The notes under the pieces were generated by a model. The model did no database searches, was not told the origin of the DNA, and saw nothing but the letters and a program-made list of their open reading frames with translations. Positions 39,336 to 51,293 of a stretch of 64,000 nt of DNA are shown piece after piece. This DNA comes from Betaproteobacteria bacterium. GTDB lineage: Bacteria; Pseudomonadota; Gammaproteobacteria; Burkholderiales; Casimicrobiaceae. A program made the position numbers and the translations under genes. Position 1 is the stretch's first letter; each line of letters starts with the position of its first letter. Location of the stretch: contig BOKS01000017.1 in NCBI GenBank assembly GCA_016861105.1, forward strand, positions 10,433 to 74,432, read 5' to 3'.

Positions 39336-39558
39336 CGCGGCCGTGCTATGATCGCCGCCATGGCCGTCCCCTGCGCCCCCGCCTCTCGCAGCGCCGTCGT
39401 CGCGACGGCGCTCGCGCGCGCGCGCACGACGGCCAAAACCACCAAGACGACCTGACGGTCGCGTCGCCACCGCTCACGCCTCCGCGAGCGGCGGGGGCGC
39501 GAGGATCCCGCGGGGGCATGGCGCGGACCGCCGCGCGTCGCGACGGCGCGTCCGCAGG

Positions 39559-40689
39559 GTGACGACAATGCGAGTCGGTTTCGTCGGTTGGCGCGGCATG
39601 GTCGGTTCCGTGCTGCTCTCGCGCATGCTCGAGGAGCGCGATTTCGATCGCCTCGAGCCCGTGTTCTTCTCCACGTCGTCCGCCGGCAAGGCGGCGCCCG
39701 TCGTGGCGGGCAAGACGGGGACGCTGCGCGACGCCTCGGATCCGCGTGCCTTCGCCGGACTGGACGCGATCGTCACCTGCCAGGGCGGCGAATGGACCCA
39801 GGCGATGTACCCGAGGCTGCGCGACGCGGGATTCGGCGGGTACTGGATCGACGCCGCGAGCGCGCTGCGCATGAAGGACGACGCGGTCGTCATCCTGGAC
39901 CCGGTCAACCGCGACGTGATCGACGCGGCGCTCGCCAGCAGGGTGCGGAACTACATCGGCGGCAACTGCACCGTCAGCCTGATGATGATGGGCATGGCCG
40001 GGCTCTTCCGCGCGGACCTGGTCGAGTGGATGACGTGCATGACCTACCAGGCGGCGTCGGGCGCGGGGGCGCAGAACATGCGCGAGCTCCTGCAGCAGAT
40101 GGGCGAGGCGCACCGCGTGGCGGAGCCGCTGCTCGCCGACCCGGCGTCGTCGATCCTCGACATCGATCGCGAGGTTGCCGGCATCCTGCGCGACCCGTCG
40201 TTCCCGACGCAGAACTTCGGCGTCCCGCTCGCCGGCAGCCTGATCCCGTGGATCGACAAGGACCTCGGCAACGGGACGTCGCGCGAGGAGTGGAAGGGCG
40301 GGGCGGAGCTCAACAAGATCCTCGGCCGCGGCGTGCCGGGCGGGCCGCCGGCGATTCCCGTCGAGTCGATCTGCGTGCGCATCGGCGCGATGCGCTGCCA
40401 CTCGCAGGCGCTCACCATCAAGCTGAGGCGCGACCTGCCGCTGCACGAGATCGAGCGGCTGATCGCCGGCGCGAACGAGTGGGTGCGCCTCGTCCCCAAC
40501 GAGCGCGAGGCGACGATCCGCTCGCTCACGCCCGCGGCCGTCACCGGCAAGCTCGACGTCGCGGTGGGGCGCCTGCGCAAGCTCGAGCTCGGGCCGGGCT
40601 ACCTCGGCGCCTTCACCGTCGGCGACCAGCTGCTGTGGGGCGCGGCGGAGCCGCTGCGCCGCATGCTGCGCATCCTGCGCGAGCGCTAG
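39559..40689 (+). CDS. asd: Aspartate-semialdehyde dehydrogenase
   Basis: [35 protein letters not shown]; start may be ATG 39568. Confidence 0.97.
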   Translation: MTTMRVGFVGWRGMVGSVLLSRMLEERDFDRLEPVFFSTSSAGKAAPVVAGKTGTLRDASDPRAFAGLDAIVTCQGGEWTQAMYPRLRDAGFGGYWIDAASALRMKDDAVVILDPVNRDVIDAALASRVRNYIGGNCTVSLMMMGMAGLFRADLVEWMTCMTYQAASGAGAQNMRELLQQMGEAHRVAEPLLADPASSILDIDREVAGILRDPSFPTQNFGVPLAGSLIPWIDKDLGNGTSREEWKGGAELNKILGRGVPGGPPAIPVESICVRIGAMRCHSQALTIKLRRDLPLHEIERLIAGANEWVRLVPNEREATIRSLTPAAVTGKLDVAVGRLRKLELGPGYLGAFTVGDQLLWGAAEPLRRMLRILRER

Positions 40690-40725
40690 GGCCCGTTCGC
40701 GCGTGGCCAACGCGTGGACAGGCCT
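40686..40725. repeat. Degenerate copy of the CTAG-anchored inverted-repeat element
   Basis: CTAGGGCCCGTTCGCGCGTGG-CCAACGCGTGGACAGGCCT, overlapping the asd TAG stop. Confidence 0.55.
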
Positions 40726-41029
40726 GCTCCGGCGCCCGACGGTGCCGGCCGCGCCTCCGAGACCGCGCATTCGGCGGCCGTCGGCGGCACCTGCCCTCCT
40801 GCGGCAGTTTTCGTCAACTTTCATGCGTGCAGGCGCCACTCGTCGGTTGCCGGGGGCTTGCTCGCCGGCGCTGCATCTTCGGCCTGCGGACCGAGACGGG
40901 CACAAGATGTGGGGGGGAGGACGCGTGCGCGGCACCGCCGGCCGATCGTGCCGCCAGCACGTTGGCATGAAGCGTGCGTAGTGCACAACATGGGAGCGCC
41001 ACGAAGGCGAGCTCAGACGGGGGTTTAGC

Positions 41030-41058
41030 TTGCGAGGCTAAATCCATGATGTTAAGTT
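41030..41058 (+). promoter_or_regulatory. Sigma-70-like promoter for fimV
   Basis: TTGCGA-N17-TAAGTT with TG extended -10. Confidence 0.5.
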
Positions 41059-41099
41059 AGCTTGGCTTCGGCGAACACGTATTCCCTGAAGGGGGCGGC

Positions 41100-43844
41100 A
41101 TGCGAGCAAGACCGGTATTCACGACCACGCTGGTGGCGAGTGCGCTCGCGTTTCCCGCTCCGGCGTTCGCGCTCGCGCTCGGCAGGCTCACGGTCGACTC
41201 CGCGCTCGGGCAGCCGCTGTCGGCGCGCATCGAACTGGCCGCGGCGACGCGCGACGAGATCGAGTCGCTGACGGCCCGCATCGCCGATCCCTCGCTCTAC
41301 CGGCAGAACAACCTCACCTACCAGGGCGTCCTGTCGCGCGCGCGCGTGAACGTCGAGCGCTCGCCGGACGGACGCGCGATCCTGCGCGTCACGTCGCCCA
41401 CGCCGGTCAACGAGCCGTACCTCGACCTGATGGTCGAAGTGAACTGGGCGTCGGGACGCGTGGTGCGCGAGTACACGTTCCTCCTCGATCCGCCCGGCGC
41501 GCTCGTCGCATCGTCCGCCGATCCGGTCGCGCCGGCGCGTGCCGGCGCGGCGTCGCCCGCCACGTCCGCCACCACCGCGGCGGCGCCGGCGGCCCCCGTG
41601 CCGCAGGGCGCGGCGGCGCCGGCGTCGGCTCCGCCCGACGGGCACGTCGTGCGCCGCGGCGAGACGCTCTCCCGCATCGCGCAGCAGTACAAGCCCGCCG
41701 ACGTGACGCTCGAGCAGATGCTCGTCGCGATGTTCAACGCGAACGCGGGCGCGTTCGACGGCAACAACATGAACCGGCTGCGGACCGGCGCGATCGTGAA
41801 CGTGCCCGATGCCGACACCGCGAAGTCGACCGTGCCCGCCGAGGCCGCGCGCGTCGTGCGCGTGCAGGCCGCCGACTGGCGTGCGTATCGCGATCGCGTC
41901 GCGGCCGCCGCGCCCGCCGTCGACGGCGGCGCCGGTGCGCGCGAAGCCGGCGGGCGCATCACGGCCGCCGCGCAGGACAGGGCCACGCCGCAGGCGCCGG
42001 GAAGCGACCAGGTGCGCGTCTCGCGCGACGCCGGGTCCGCGGCCGGCGGTGCCGCCGCAGCGGAGACCGCGGTCGCGCAGCAGAAGCAGCTCGCCGAGGC
42101 GCAGGCGCGGATCGCCGAGCTCGAGAAGCTGGTGCGCGAGCTGCAGCGGGCGACGGAGCTGCGCAACCAGGCGCTGGCGCAGGCGCAGGCGCAGGCCGAC
42201 GCGGCGAAGGGCAAGGCCGCGACCCCGGCGGCGCCGCCGGCGGGCGCGCCCGCACCGATCACGAAGGCGCCCGAGCCGGCCGCGGTCGCGCCGGCGAAGC
42301 CGGAGCCGCCGAAGGTCGAGGCTGCCAAGGCGCCGGAGCCCGTGAAGGCCGCCGAACCGCCGAAAGCCCCGGAGCCCGTGAAGGCCGCCGAACCACCGAA
42401 GGCCCCGGAGCCGGCCAAGGCCGCCGAGCCGCCCGCCGCGCCGGCGGTCGTGCCTCCGATCGCCGAGACCAGGGCGCCCGAGCCGCCGAAGCCTGCCGCG
42501 GTGCCGCCGAAGCCGGCGGCCAAGGCGCCCGAGCCCGCGCCGTCGTTCCTCGAGGACCTGATGGCCAACACGCCGACGTGGGCCATCGGCGCGGGCCTGC
42601 TGGCCCTGCTGGGCGGCATCGCGGCGATCGTCGCCGCGCGGCGCCGCAAGACGACCAAGTTCGAGGACAGCATCATCTCGGGCACCGACATCAAGACCAA
42701 CACGGTGTTCGGGTCGACCGGCGGCGGCGTGGTGAACACGGGCGAGAACTCGCTGCAGAGCGACTTCAGCCGCGAGGGACTGGGCAACATCGACACCGAC
42801 GAGGTCGACCCCATCGCCGAGGCCGAGGTGTATCTTGCCTACGGGCGCGACGCGCAGGCCGAGGAGATCCTGAAGGACGCGCTCAAGAAGGACCCGCAGC
42901 GCCAGGAGATCTACCTCAAGCTGCTCGAGATCCACGCGCAGCACAACAAGCCGTCGGCGTTCGAGACCGTCGCGTCGGAGCTCTACTCCGTCAGCCAGGG
43001 ACAGGGCGAGGTGTGGCAGAAGGCGGTCGCGCTGGGCCGCCAGCTCGACCCGAACAACCCGATGTTCGCCGAGGGCGGCGCGCCTGCCGCCACGCCGCGC
43101 GTCGCGGCAGCGGCCGCCACGCCGATCCTCGACGACGCGCCGTTCACGATCGCGCCCGACATGCCGGCCACGACGCGCTCCGGCCGGCCGGACACGGTCG
43201 AGTTCCAGCTCGACGAGGACATCTCGGTGTCGCCGACGTCGGGCGCCACGCCGTCGCCCACCGTCGAGTCCGCCGTCGCCCGGGCCGAGGCGAAGCTCGA
43301 CGCGTTCGAGGAGAAGGCGAAGGACTTCGGACAGGACACGCTGGGCATGGGACGCCCCACCGCCACCGGCGCTGCCGCGGCGCTGGCGGGCGGGCTGGCC
43401 GCCGCGCGGGCCGCCCCTGCGCCGGCGATGAACGACCTCGAGCAGAAGGTCGAGTCGGTCCGCCGCGAGCTGGATCTCGACTTCCAGCTCGACGAGCACG
43501 AGAAGCCCGAGCCGATGTCGCGCCGCGAGGCCCCGGTGCCGGTCGGCCTCGGCGTCTCGGACGCCGGCCCGCTCGGCGGCACGTCGCTGACGCGTCCGGC
43601 GGCCGCCATCGAGCTCGACAAGCTGGATCTCGGCTTCGACCCGGATCGTGCGACGTTCGAGGATCCGACGCCCTCCGTGCTCGACGGCCAGTGGCACGAC
43701 GCCGCGACGAAGCTCGACCTCGCGAAGGCCTACCAGGAGATGGGCGACGTCGAGGGCGCGCGCGAGATCCTGCAGGAAGTGCTGCACGAGGGCGACGAGC
43801 AGCAGAAGGCCGAGGCCCAGGCGCTGCTCTCGAAGCTCGCCTGA
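41100..43844 (+). CDS. fimV: FimV/HubP polar landmark protein
   Basis: LGRLTVDSALGQPL, REYTFLLDPP, LysM (VRRGETLSRIA), EAEVYLAYGR, KLDLAKAYQEMGD; asd-fimV-truA synteny. Confidence 0.95.
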   Translation: MRARPVFTTTLVASALAFPAPAFALALGRLTVDSALGQPLSARIELAAATRDEIESLTARIADPSLYRQNNLTYQGVLSRARVNVERSPDGRAILRVTSPTPVNEPYLDLMVEVNWASGRVVREYTFLLDPPGALVASSADPVAPARAGAASPATSATTAAAPAAPVPQGAAAPASAPPDGHVVRRGETLSRIAQQYKPADVTLEQMLVAMFNANAGAFDGNNMNRLRTGAIVNVPDADTAKSTVPAEAARVVRVQAADWRAYRDRVAAAAPAVDGGAGAREAGGRITAAAQDRATPQAPGSDQVRVSRDAGSAAGGAAAAETAVAQQKQLAEAQARIAELEKLVRELQRATELRNQALAQAQAQADAAKGKAATPAAPPAGAPAPITKAPEPAAVAPAKPEPPKVEAAKAPEPVKAAEPPKAPEPVKAAEPPKAPEPAKAAEPPAAPAVVPPIAETRAPEPPKPAAVPPKPAAKAPEPAPSFLEDLMANTPTWAIGAGLLALLGGIAAIVAARRRKTTKFEDSIISGTDIKTNTVFGSTGGGVVNTGENSLQSDFSREGLGNIDTDEVDPIAEAEVYLAYGRDAQAEEILKDALKKDPQRQEIYLKLLEIHAQHNKPSAFETVASELYSVSQGQGEVWQKAVALGRQLDPNNPMFAEGGAPAATPRVAAAAATPILDDAPFTIAPDMPATTRSGRPDTVEFQLDEDISVSPTSGATPSPTVESAVARAEAKLDAFEEKAKDFGQDTLGMGRPTATGAAAALAGGLAAARAAPAPAMNDLEQKVESVRRELDLDFQLDEHEKPEPMSRREAPVPVGLGVSDAGPLGGTSLTRPAAAIELDKLDLGFDPDRATFEDPTPSVLDGQWHDAATKLDLAKAYQEMGDVEGAREILQEVLHEGDEQQKAEAQALLSKLA
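42327..42434 (+). repeat. 36-bp coding repeat x3 (KAPEPVKAAEPP) in fimV linker
   Basis: Three tandem 12-aa units. Confidence 0.8.
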
Positions 43845-43911
43845 TCCGGGGCGACGGCGCGGTGCGACGGGCGGCTTCAGGGCCGCCCGTTCGCGTTCCG
43901 GCGCGTAGCGA

Positions 43912-43972
43912 GCGAAACGAGGGTCAGACTCGCATTTCAGATCCCGAAATGCGAGTCTGACCCTCGTTTCGC
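43912..43972. repeat. REP-like element with 27-bp perfect inverted repeat
   Basis: GCGAAACGAGGGTCAGACTCGCATTTC-N7-GAAATGCGAGTCTGACCCTCGTTTCGC. Confidence 0.85.
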
Positions 43973-44035
43973 GTGTGACCCGCGCGCTTGCCGTCCCCGG
44001 ATTCACGCGCACACTTGTCGCTCGCCGCCGCTGTC

Positions 44036-44821
44036 ATGCGCCTCGCCCTCGCCCTCGAATACGACGGCCGCGCCTTTTGCGGCTGGCAGTCGCAGTCCTC
44101 CGGCTGCGCGGTGCAGGATGCGCTCGAGCGCGCGTTGCAGGCCGTCGCGGGCGCGCCGGTGTCGGCGGTCGCGGCCGGACGGACCGACGCGGGCGTGCAC
44201 GCCACCGCGCAGGTCGTGCACGTCGACGCACCGGCCGAGCGGCCCGCGACGGCGTGGGTGCGCGGCGTCAACGCCTCCCTGCCGGCGCCCGTGGCCGTCC
44301 TCTGGGCGCAGCCGGTGGACGCGGCGTTCCACGCGCGCTTCGCGGCCACCGCCCGCCACTACAGCTACCTCCTGCTGCAACGGTCCGCCCGCCCGGCGCT
44401 GCTCGCCGGCCGGGTCGGCTGGTACCATCGTCCGCTCGATGCCGCGGCGATGGACGACGCCTGCGGCGTGCTGCGCGGAACGCACGACTTCTCGGCGTTC
44501 CGTGCGGCGGAGTGCCAGGCGCGCTCGCCGGTGAAGACGCTGCACCGCGCGAGCGTGGCGGCCGACGGCCCGCTGCTGCGCTTCGACTTCTCGGCCGATG
44601 CGTTCCTGCACCACATGATCCGCAACCTCGTCGGCGCGCTCGTGCGCATCGGCGCCGGCAAGGCCGACGCGGCGTGGCTCGCACGCGTCCTCGCGGACCG
44701 CGACCGCAGGCAGGCACCCGCCACGTTCGCGCCCGACGGGCTCTACTTCACCGGCGCCGACTACGATGCGCGCTTCGGCCTGCCGCCGACGCGGCGCGAC
44801 ATCGCCGTGCCGGTCGCGTGA
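44036..44821 (+). CDS. truA: tRNA pseudouridine(38-40) synthase
   Basis: YDGRAFCGWQ, AGRTDAGVHA, FHARF, FLHHMIRN. Confidence 0.96.
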   Translation: MRLALALEYDGRAFCGWQSQSSGCAVQDALERALQAVAGAPVSAVAAGRTDAGVHATAQVVHVDAPAERPATAWVRGVNASLPAPVAVLWAQPVDAAFHARFAATARHYSYLLLQRSARPALLAGRVGWYHRPLDAAAMDDACGVLRGTHDFSAFRAAECQARSPVKTLHRASVAADGPLLRFDFSADAFLHHMIRNLVGALVRIGAGKADAAWLARVLADRDRRQAPATFAPDGLYFTGADYDARFGLPPTRRDIAVPVA

Positions 44822-45490
44822 GCCCCGTGCAGGCCACGCGCACGCCGTCGCCGACGCCGCGCACGCGGGTCAAGATCTGCGGCATCACGCGGCCCGAGGA
44901 CGGCCGCGCGGCTGCGCAGGCCGGCGCCGACGCCATCGGGCTCGTGTTCTGGGGCGGCAGCGCGCGCGCGGTCACGCCCGCGCAGGCGCGAGCGATCGTC
45001 GCGGCGCTGCCGCCGTTCGTGACGGTGGTGGGGCTCTTCGTCGACCCGGCGGCAGACGACGTGGCCGCGACGCTCGCTCGCGTGCCACTCGACCTGCTGC
45101 AGTTCCACGGCCGCGAGACGCCGGCATTCTGCAGGGGCTTCGGCCGGCGCTACATCAAGGCGGCCGCGGCTGCGCCGGGGGCCGATTTGCTAGAATCCCT
45201 GTCGCCATTCGACGACGCTGCGGCGTTCCTCGTCGACGCGCCACCGCGCGACGGGGTGCCGGGCGGCACGGGCCGGACGTTCGACTGGTCGCTGCTCCCG
45301 GCGCGGCTGCCGCGCCCGCTGGTGCTGTCCGGCGGCTTGAGCGCCGGCAACGTGCGCGAGGCGATCCGGCGCGTGCGGCCGTGGGCGGTGGACGTGTCGA
45401 GCGGCGTCGAGGCGCAGGACGCCGACGGCCGGACGCTGAAGGGGATCAAGGACGCCGCGCGCATTGCGGCGTTCATCGAGGAAGTGCGCC

Positions 45491-45504
<14 letters not shown>
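44818..45504 (+). CDS. trpF: Phosphoribosylanthranilate isomerase
   Basis: [31 protein letters not shown]. Confidence 0.95.
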
Positions 45505-46737
<1,233 letters not shown>

Positions 46738-46741
<4 letters not shown>

Positions 46742-47571
46742 GCCGTCTCGACGCGACGTTCGCACGGCGCCGGGCCGAGGGCCGCGCCGCGCTCGTGCCC
46801 TTCATCACGGCCGGCGACCCCTCGCCGGACCTGACCGTCGCCGTGGTCCGCGCGCTGGTGGCCGCGGGCGCGGACGCCGTCGAGCTCGGCGTCCCGTTCT
46901 CCGACCCGATGGCGGACGGACCCGTGGTCCAGCGCGCGTCGGAGCGCGCGCTCGCCCGCAAGGTCGGCCTCGGGGACGTGCTCGCGATGGTGCGCGAGAT
47001 CCGCCGCGCGGATGCGTCCACGCCGATCGTGCTGATGGGCTACGCGAACCCGATCGAGGCGATGGGTGCCGAGCGCTTCGCGGAACGCGCGCGGGAGGCC
47101 GGCGTCGACGGCGTGCTCGTGGTCGACTACCCGCCCGAGGAAGCGCAGGAGTTCGCGGCGTTGCTCGGCGCGCACGCGCTCGCGCCGATCTTCCTCGTGT
47201 CGCCGACGACGCCGGAAGCGCGCATCGAGGCCATCGCGCGCCTCGCGCGCGGGTTCGTCTACTACGTGTCGCTGAAGGGCGTGACGGGCGCCGGGCACCT
47301 CGACACCGCGGAGGTCGCCCGCAAGCTCGCGCAGATCCGCCGGCACGTGAAGCTCCCGGTGGGCGTGGGCTTCGGCATCCGCGACGCCGCGAGCGCGTGC
47401 GCGATCGCGGAGCACGCGGACGCCGTGGTCATCGGCAGCCGCATCATCCAGGAGATCGAGGCGGGGGCGCCGGAGGACGCGCCCGCGCGTGCCGGGGCGT
47501 GGCTCGCCACGATCCGCGCCGCCCTCGACGCGGCGCCGGCGTCCCGCTCCGCGGAGAAGCGGCGTGCGTGA
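46738..47571 (+). CDS. trpA: Tryptophan synthase alpha chain
   Basis: [32 protein letters not shown]. Confidence 0.97.
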
Positions 47572-47616
47572 GCCGCGCGCAGGCCGGGCGCGCCCGATCC
47601 CGAGGAGGCCTGCCCG

Positions 47617-48489
47617 ATGACCTGGCTGCAGAAGCTCCTTCCGCCGCGGATCAAGAGCACGCCGGGGACGCGCAAGCAGGCGGTCCCCGAGGGCCTGTGG
47701 GTCAAGTGCCCGGCGTGCGAGGCCGTGCTCTACCGCACCGACCTCGAGAAGAACCTCGACGTCTGCCCGAAGTGCAACCACCACGCGCGCGTGACCGCGC
47801 GCCAGCGGCTCGACCAGCTGCTCGACGCCGAGGGCCGATTCGAGATCGGCTCCGAGGTCGTCCCCATCGACAGCCTGAAGTTCAAGGACAGCCGCAAGTA
47901 TCCCGACCGGCTCGCCGCGGCGCTCGAGGAGACCGGCGAGACCGACGCGCTGGTGGTGATGCAGGGGAGCGTGAAGAGCGTGCCGCTGGTCGCGGCCGCG
48001 TTCGAGTTCGGCTTCATGGGCGGTTCGATGGGATCGGTCGTGGGCGAGCGCTTCGTGCGCGGCGTGCGCGTGGCCTACGAGAACCGCGTCCCGTTCGTGT
48101 GCATCGCCGCGTCCGGCGGCGCGCGCATGCAGGAGGGCGTCAGCTCGCTGTTCCAGATGGCGAAGACCACCGCGGTCCTCCAGGAGCTCGCGCGTGCGAG
48201 GCTGCCGTTCGTGTCGATCCTCACCGACCCGACGATGGGCGGCGTCTCGGCGAGCTTCGCGTTCGTCGCGGACGTCGTGCTCGCCGAGCCGGGCGCGCTG
48301 ATCGGCTTCGCCGGGCCGCGCGTGATCGAGCAGACGGTGCGCGAGAAGCTGCCGGAAGGCTTCCAGCGCGCCGAGTTCCTGGTGGAAAAGGGCGCGATCG
48401 ACATGATCGTCGACCGCAGGCAGCTTCGCGACGAGCTCGCGCTGCTGCTCGCGACGCTCACCCGCGCGCCGGTGCCGGCCGCGGGCTGA
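47617..48489 (+). CDS. accD: Acetyl-CoA carboxylase carboxyltransferase beta subunit
   Basis: CPAC...CPKC zinc finger, [23 protein letters not shown]. Confidence 0.97.
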   Translation: MTWLQKLLPPRIKSTPGTRKQAVPEGLWVKCPACEAVLYRTDLEKNLDVCPKCNHHARVTARQRLDQLLDAEGRFEIGSEVVPIDSLKFKDSRKYPDRLAAALEETGETDALVVMQGSVKSVPLVAAAFEFGFMGGSMGSVVGERFVRGVRVAYENRVPFVCIAASGGARMQEGVSSLFQMAKTTAVLQELARARLPFVSILTDPTMGGVSASFAFVADVVLAEPGALIGFAGPRVIEQTVREKLPEGFQRAEFLVEKGAIDMIVDRRQLRDELALLLATLTRAPVPAAG

Positions 48490-48506
48490 CCCCCTTGCCG
48501 CGCGCG

Positions 48507-49811
48507 ATGCGGCCGGCCGATCTCGCAGGCTGGCTCGCGCTGATCGAGACGCTGCATCCGCGCCCCATCGCGCTCGGGCTCGAGCGCGTGCGCGAGGTGC
48601 TCGGACGCATGGGCGTCGCGCTCGGCTGCCCGGTGGTCACCGTCGCCGGGACGAACGGCAAGGGCTCGACGACCGCGTTCTGCGACGCGATGCTGCGCGC
48701 CGCCGGCTACGCCACGGGGCGCTACACGTCGCCGCACCTGCTGCGCTACAACGAGCGCGTCGCGCTCGGCGGCGAGGCGGTCGGCGACGCGGCGCTCGTC
48801 GAGGCGTTCCACGCGGTGGAGGACGCGCGGACGGCCGCGGCGTCGCCGACGCCGCTCACGTACTTCGAGTTCGGGACGCTCGCGGCGCTGTGGCTGTTCG
48901 CGCGCGCGCGGCCGGACGCCGTCGTCCTCGAAGTGGGCCTCGGCGGCCGGCTCGACGCCGTGAACGTCGTCGACGCGGACGTCGCGGTGGTCACGTCGGT
49001 GGACCTCGACCACACCGAGTACCTCGGGCCGTCGCGCGAGCACGTCGGCCGCGAGAAGGCCGGCGTGTTCCGGCCGGGACGCCCGGCGGTCTGCGGCGAT
49101 CGTTCGCCCCCCGACAGCGTGCTCGCGCACGCGCGGGCGATCGGTGCACCGCTGCTGCTGATCGGCCGCGACTTCGATGCGATCGCGCAGGGGGCGCAGT
49201 GGCGCTACCGGGGGCCGGGCGGGGACCGCTACGGACTGCCGATCCCGGCGCTGCGCGGCGAGTTCCAGCTCGGCAACGCGGCGTGCGCGATCGCCGCGCT
49301 GGGCTGCCTGCGCGACCGGCTGCCGGTCGACGCGGGCGCGATCCGCGAGGCGCTGGTGCGCATCACGTGGCCCGGACGCTTCCAGGTTCTGCCGGGCCGC
49401 CCGACGATCGTGCTCGACGTCGCACACAATCCACAGGCCGCGCGCGCGCTCGGCACCGCCCTCGGCGCGATGGGGTTCCACCCGACGACCACGGCGGTGC
49501 TCGCCATGCTCGCCGACAAGGACGTCGACGGCGTGATCGCCGCGCTGAGGGAGCGCATCGACCGCTGGGAGGTCGCCACGCTGCCGGGCCCGCGCGGTGC
49601 GACGGCGCAGGCGCTGCGCGAGCGGCTGCTCGCGAGCGGCATTGCCGCCGGCGCGATCCGCGCGCACGACGACGTCGCGCGCGCCTACGAGGCCGCTGCG
49701 GCCGCCGCGGCCGAGGCTGATAGAATCGTGGTCTTCGGTTCGTTCCTCACGGTGGCCGCCGCGATGGCGAGAGGACGGCCTGCGTCGGCGCCGGCCGGGA
49801 CGAGGCCCTGA
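48507..49811 (+). CDS. folC: Bifunctional folylpolyglutamate/dihydrofolate synthase
   Basis: GTNGKGS, TSPHL, EVGLGGRLDAVN, LDVAHNP. Confidence 0.96.
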   Translation: MRPADLAGWLALIETLHPRPIALGLERVREVLGRMGVALGCPVVTVAGTNGKGSTTAFCDAMLRAAGYATGRYTSPHLLRYNERVALGGEAVGDAALVEAFHAVEDARTAAASPTPLTYFEFGTLAALWLFARARPDAVVLEVGLGGRLDAVNVVDADVAVVTSVDLDHTEYLGPSREHVGREKAGVFRPGRPAVCGDRSPPDSVLAHARAIGAPLLLIGRDFDAIAQGAQWRYRGPGGDRYGLPIPALRGEFQLGNAACAIAALGCLRDRLPVDAGAIREALVRITWPGRFQVLPGRPTIVLDVAHNPQAARALGTALGAMGFHPTTTAVLAMLADKDVDGVIAALRERIDRWEVATLPGPRGATAQALRERLLASGIAAGAIRAHDDVARAYEAAAAAAAEADRIVVFGSFLTVAAAMARGRPASAPAGTRP

Positions 49812-49845
49812 CCCGATCTCGGCAACGCAGCTTTCCCGCCCGGCC

Positions 49846-50586
49846 ATGCCCGAACCACGCGATCCGCAACTCGACGAACTGCGCCGCCGCGCGCGCCGCC
49901 GCCTGATCGGCGCCATCGTGCTGGCCCTCGCGGCCGCCGTCCTCGTGCCGATGCTGCTCGAATCGGATCCGCGGCCGCTGGGCGAGGACGTCGCGGTCCG
50001 GATCCCGCCGGTCGACGACGGCAAGTTCGTGAGCAAGGTGGGCGAGAAGGCAAAGGAGCCCGCGGCCGTCGCGCCGGCGCCGAAGCCGGAGCCCGTGCCC
50101 ACGGCCGCGCCGGCGCCGGCAGCGTCTCCGCCGGCGTCCGAACCCGCGGCGCCGGGCGCAGTGGCCGCGGCCGGCGCGCTGGCGAGCGCGGAGCAGCGCG
50201 TGCTCTCGCCGTCGCGGCCCCCGGCGAAAGAGCAGGCGGGGGGCGAGTCCGGTGAAGCGCAGAAGGGCGCACCGTCGCCGAAGCCGGAGCCCCCGCCGCG
50301 AGCGGGCGCGGAGCCCGCGAAGGCTCCCGCGAAGGCCGCCGAGGCGCCCAGGGCCGGCAGCTTCAGCGTGCAGCTCGCGGCGTTCATCGACGACAAGGGC
50401 GCGAACGCGCTCGCGGGGCGGCTCAAGCGTGCCGGCTACCCCGCGTACACGGAGCCGTACACCACGTCGCGCGGGACGGTCTGGCGCGTGCGCGTGGGTC
50501 CGTATCCCAGCCGCGAGGATGCCGAGGCGGCGCGCGGCAGGCTGAAGGGCGACGGGCAGAACGGGATCATCACGGCGGCGAAGTAG
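49846..50586 (+). CDS. dedD: SPOR-domain cell division protein DedD
   Basis: RARRRLIGAIVL TM; C-terminal SPOR (VQLAAF, RVRVGPY); folC-dedD-cvpA-purF synteny. Confidence 0.88.
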   Translation: MPEPRDPQLDELRRRARRRLIGAIVLALAAAVLVPMLLESDPRPLGEDVAVRIPPVDDGKFVSKVGEKAKEPAAVAPAPKPEPVPTAAPAPAASPPASEPAAPGAVAAAGALASAEQRVLSPSRPPAKEQAGGESGEAQKGAPSPKPEPPPRAGAEPAKAPAKAAEAPRAGSFSVQLAAFIDDKGANALAGRLKRAGYPAYTEPYTTSRGTVWRVRVGPYPSREDAEAARGRLKGDGQNGIITAAK

Positions 50587-50763
50587 CGGCGGATCCGTGG
50601 CCGCCCCGGTGCCGGTCCCGCCGCGGGTCGGCGCCGGCAGACGCCGCGGAGTGCGCGACCCTCGCATGCGACCTTCATCGACCACGCTGTACCGTCGTTG
50701 CGTGGCGGCCTCCGGGGCGCCCGCGTGCGGGGCTCGGCAGGCGCGGCGTCGGCCGACGCACGC

Positions 50764-51288
50764 ATGACGCTGTTCGACGTCGCCGTCGTCGCGGTCCTCG
50801 CGCTGTCGGCGCTGCTGGCCTACGCGCGCGGGATCGTGCGCTCGCTGATCGGGCTCGTCGCGTGGGTGGCGGGCTTCGTCGCGGGGCTCGCCTTCGCGCC
50901 GGTCCTCGCACAGCTCGGGCCGGCGATGCCCGACCATCCGCTGCTGCCGCAGGCGGTGGCGTTCGTCGTCGTGTTCGTGCTCGCGATCGTCGCCGGCGCA
51001 CTGATCGCCTGGCCGCTGCGCGCGCTGGTGCACGGCGCGGGATTGGGATTCGTCGACCGCGGGCTCGGCGGTGCCTTCGGCGTCGCGCGCGGCGTGCTGC
51101 TGGTGCTCGCCTTCGTGCTGGTGGGTGGCCTGTCGGCGCTGCCGCAGCGCGATTGGTGGCAGAATTCGGCCCTTGCCCCCACGTTCGAAGCCGCGGCGCT
51201 GGCCTTGCGCCCCTGGCTGCCGCCGGCGTGGGCCGACAGGCTCGCCTATCCCGAGCGGGCGCCCGGCGGCGCCTCCACGAAAGCCTGA
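50764..51288 (+). CDS. cvpA: CvpA family colicin V production protein
   Basis: RGIVRSL, DRGLGGAFGVARG; four TMs. Confidence 0.9.
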   Translation: MTLFDVAVVAVLALSALLAYARGIVRSLIGLVAWVAGFVAGLAFAPVLAQLGPAMPDHPLLPQAVAFVVVFVLAIVAGALIAWPLRALVHGAGLGFVDRGLGGAFGVARGVLLVLAFVLVGGLSALPQRDWWQNSALAPTFEAAALALRPWLPPAWADRLAYPERAPGGASTKA

Positions 51289-51293
51289 CCTCC

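Noticed and set aside
40815-40840. CAACTTT upstream of fimV as a third ECF promoter
   Set aside because: Lacks GGGTGTA at the required spacing
42327-42434. PEP/K-rich repeats in fimV
   Set aside because: Variable low-complexity linkers are normal in FimV
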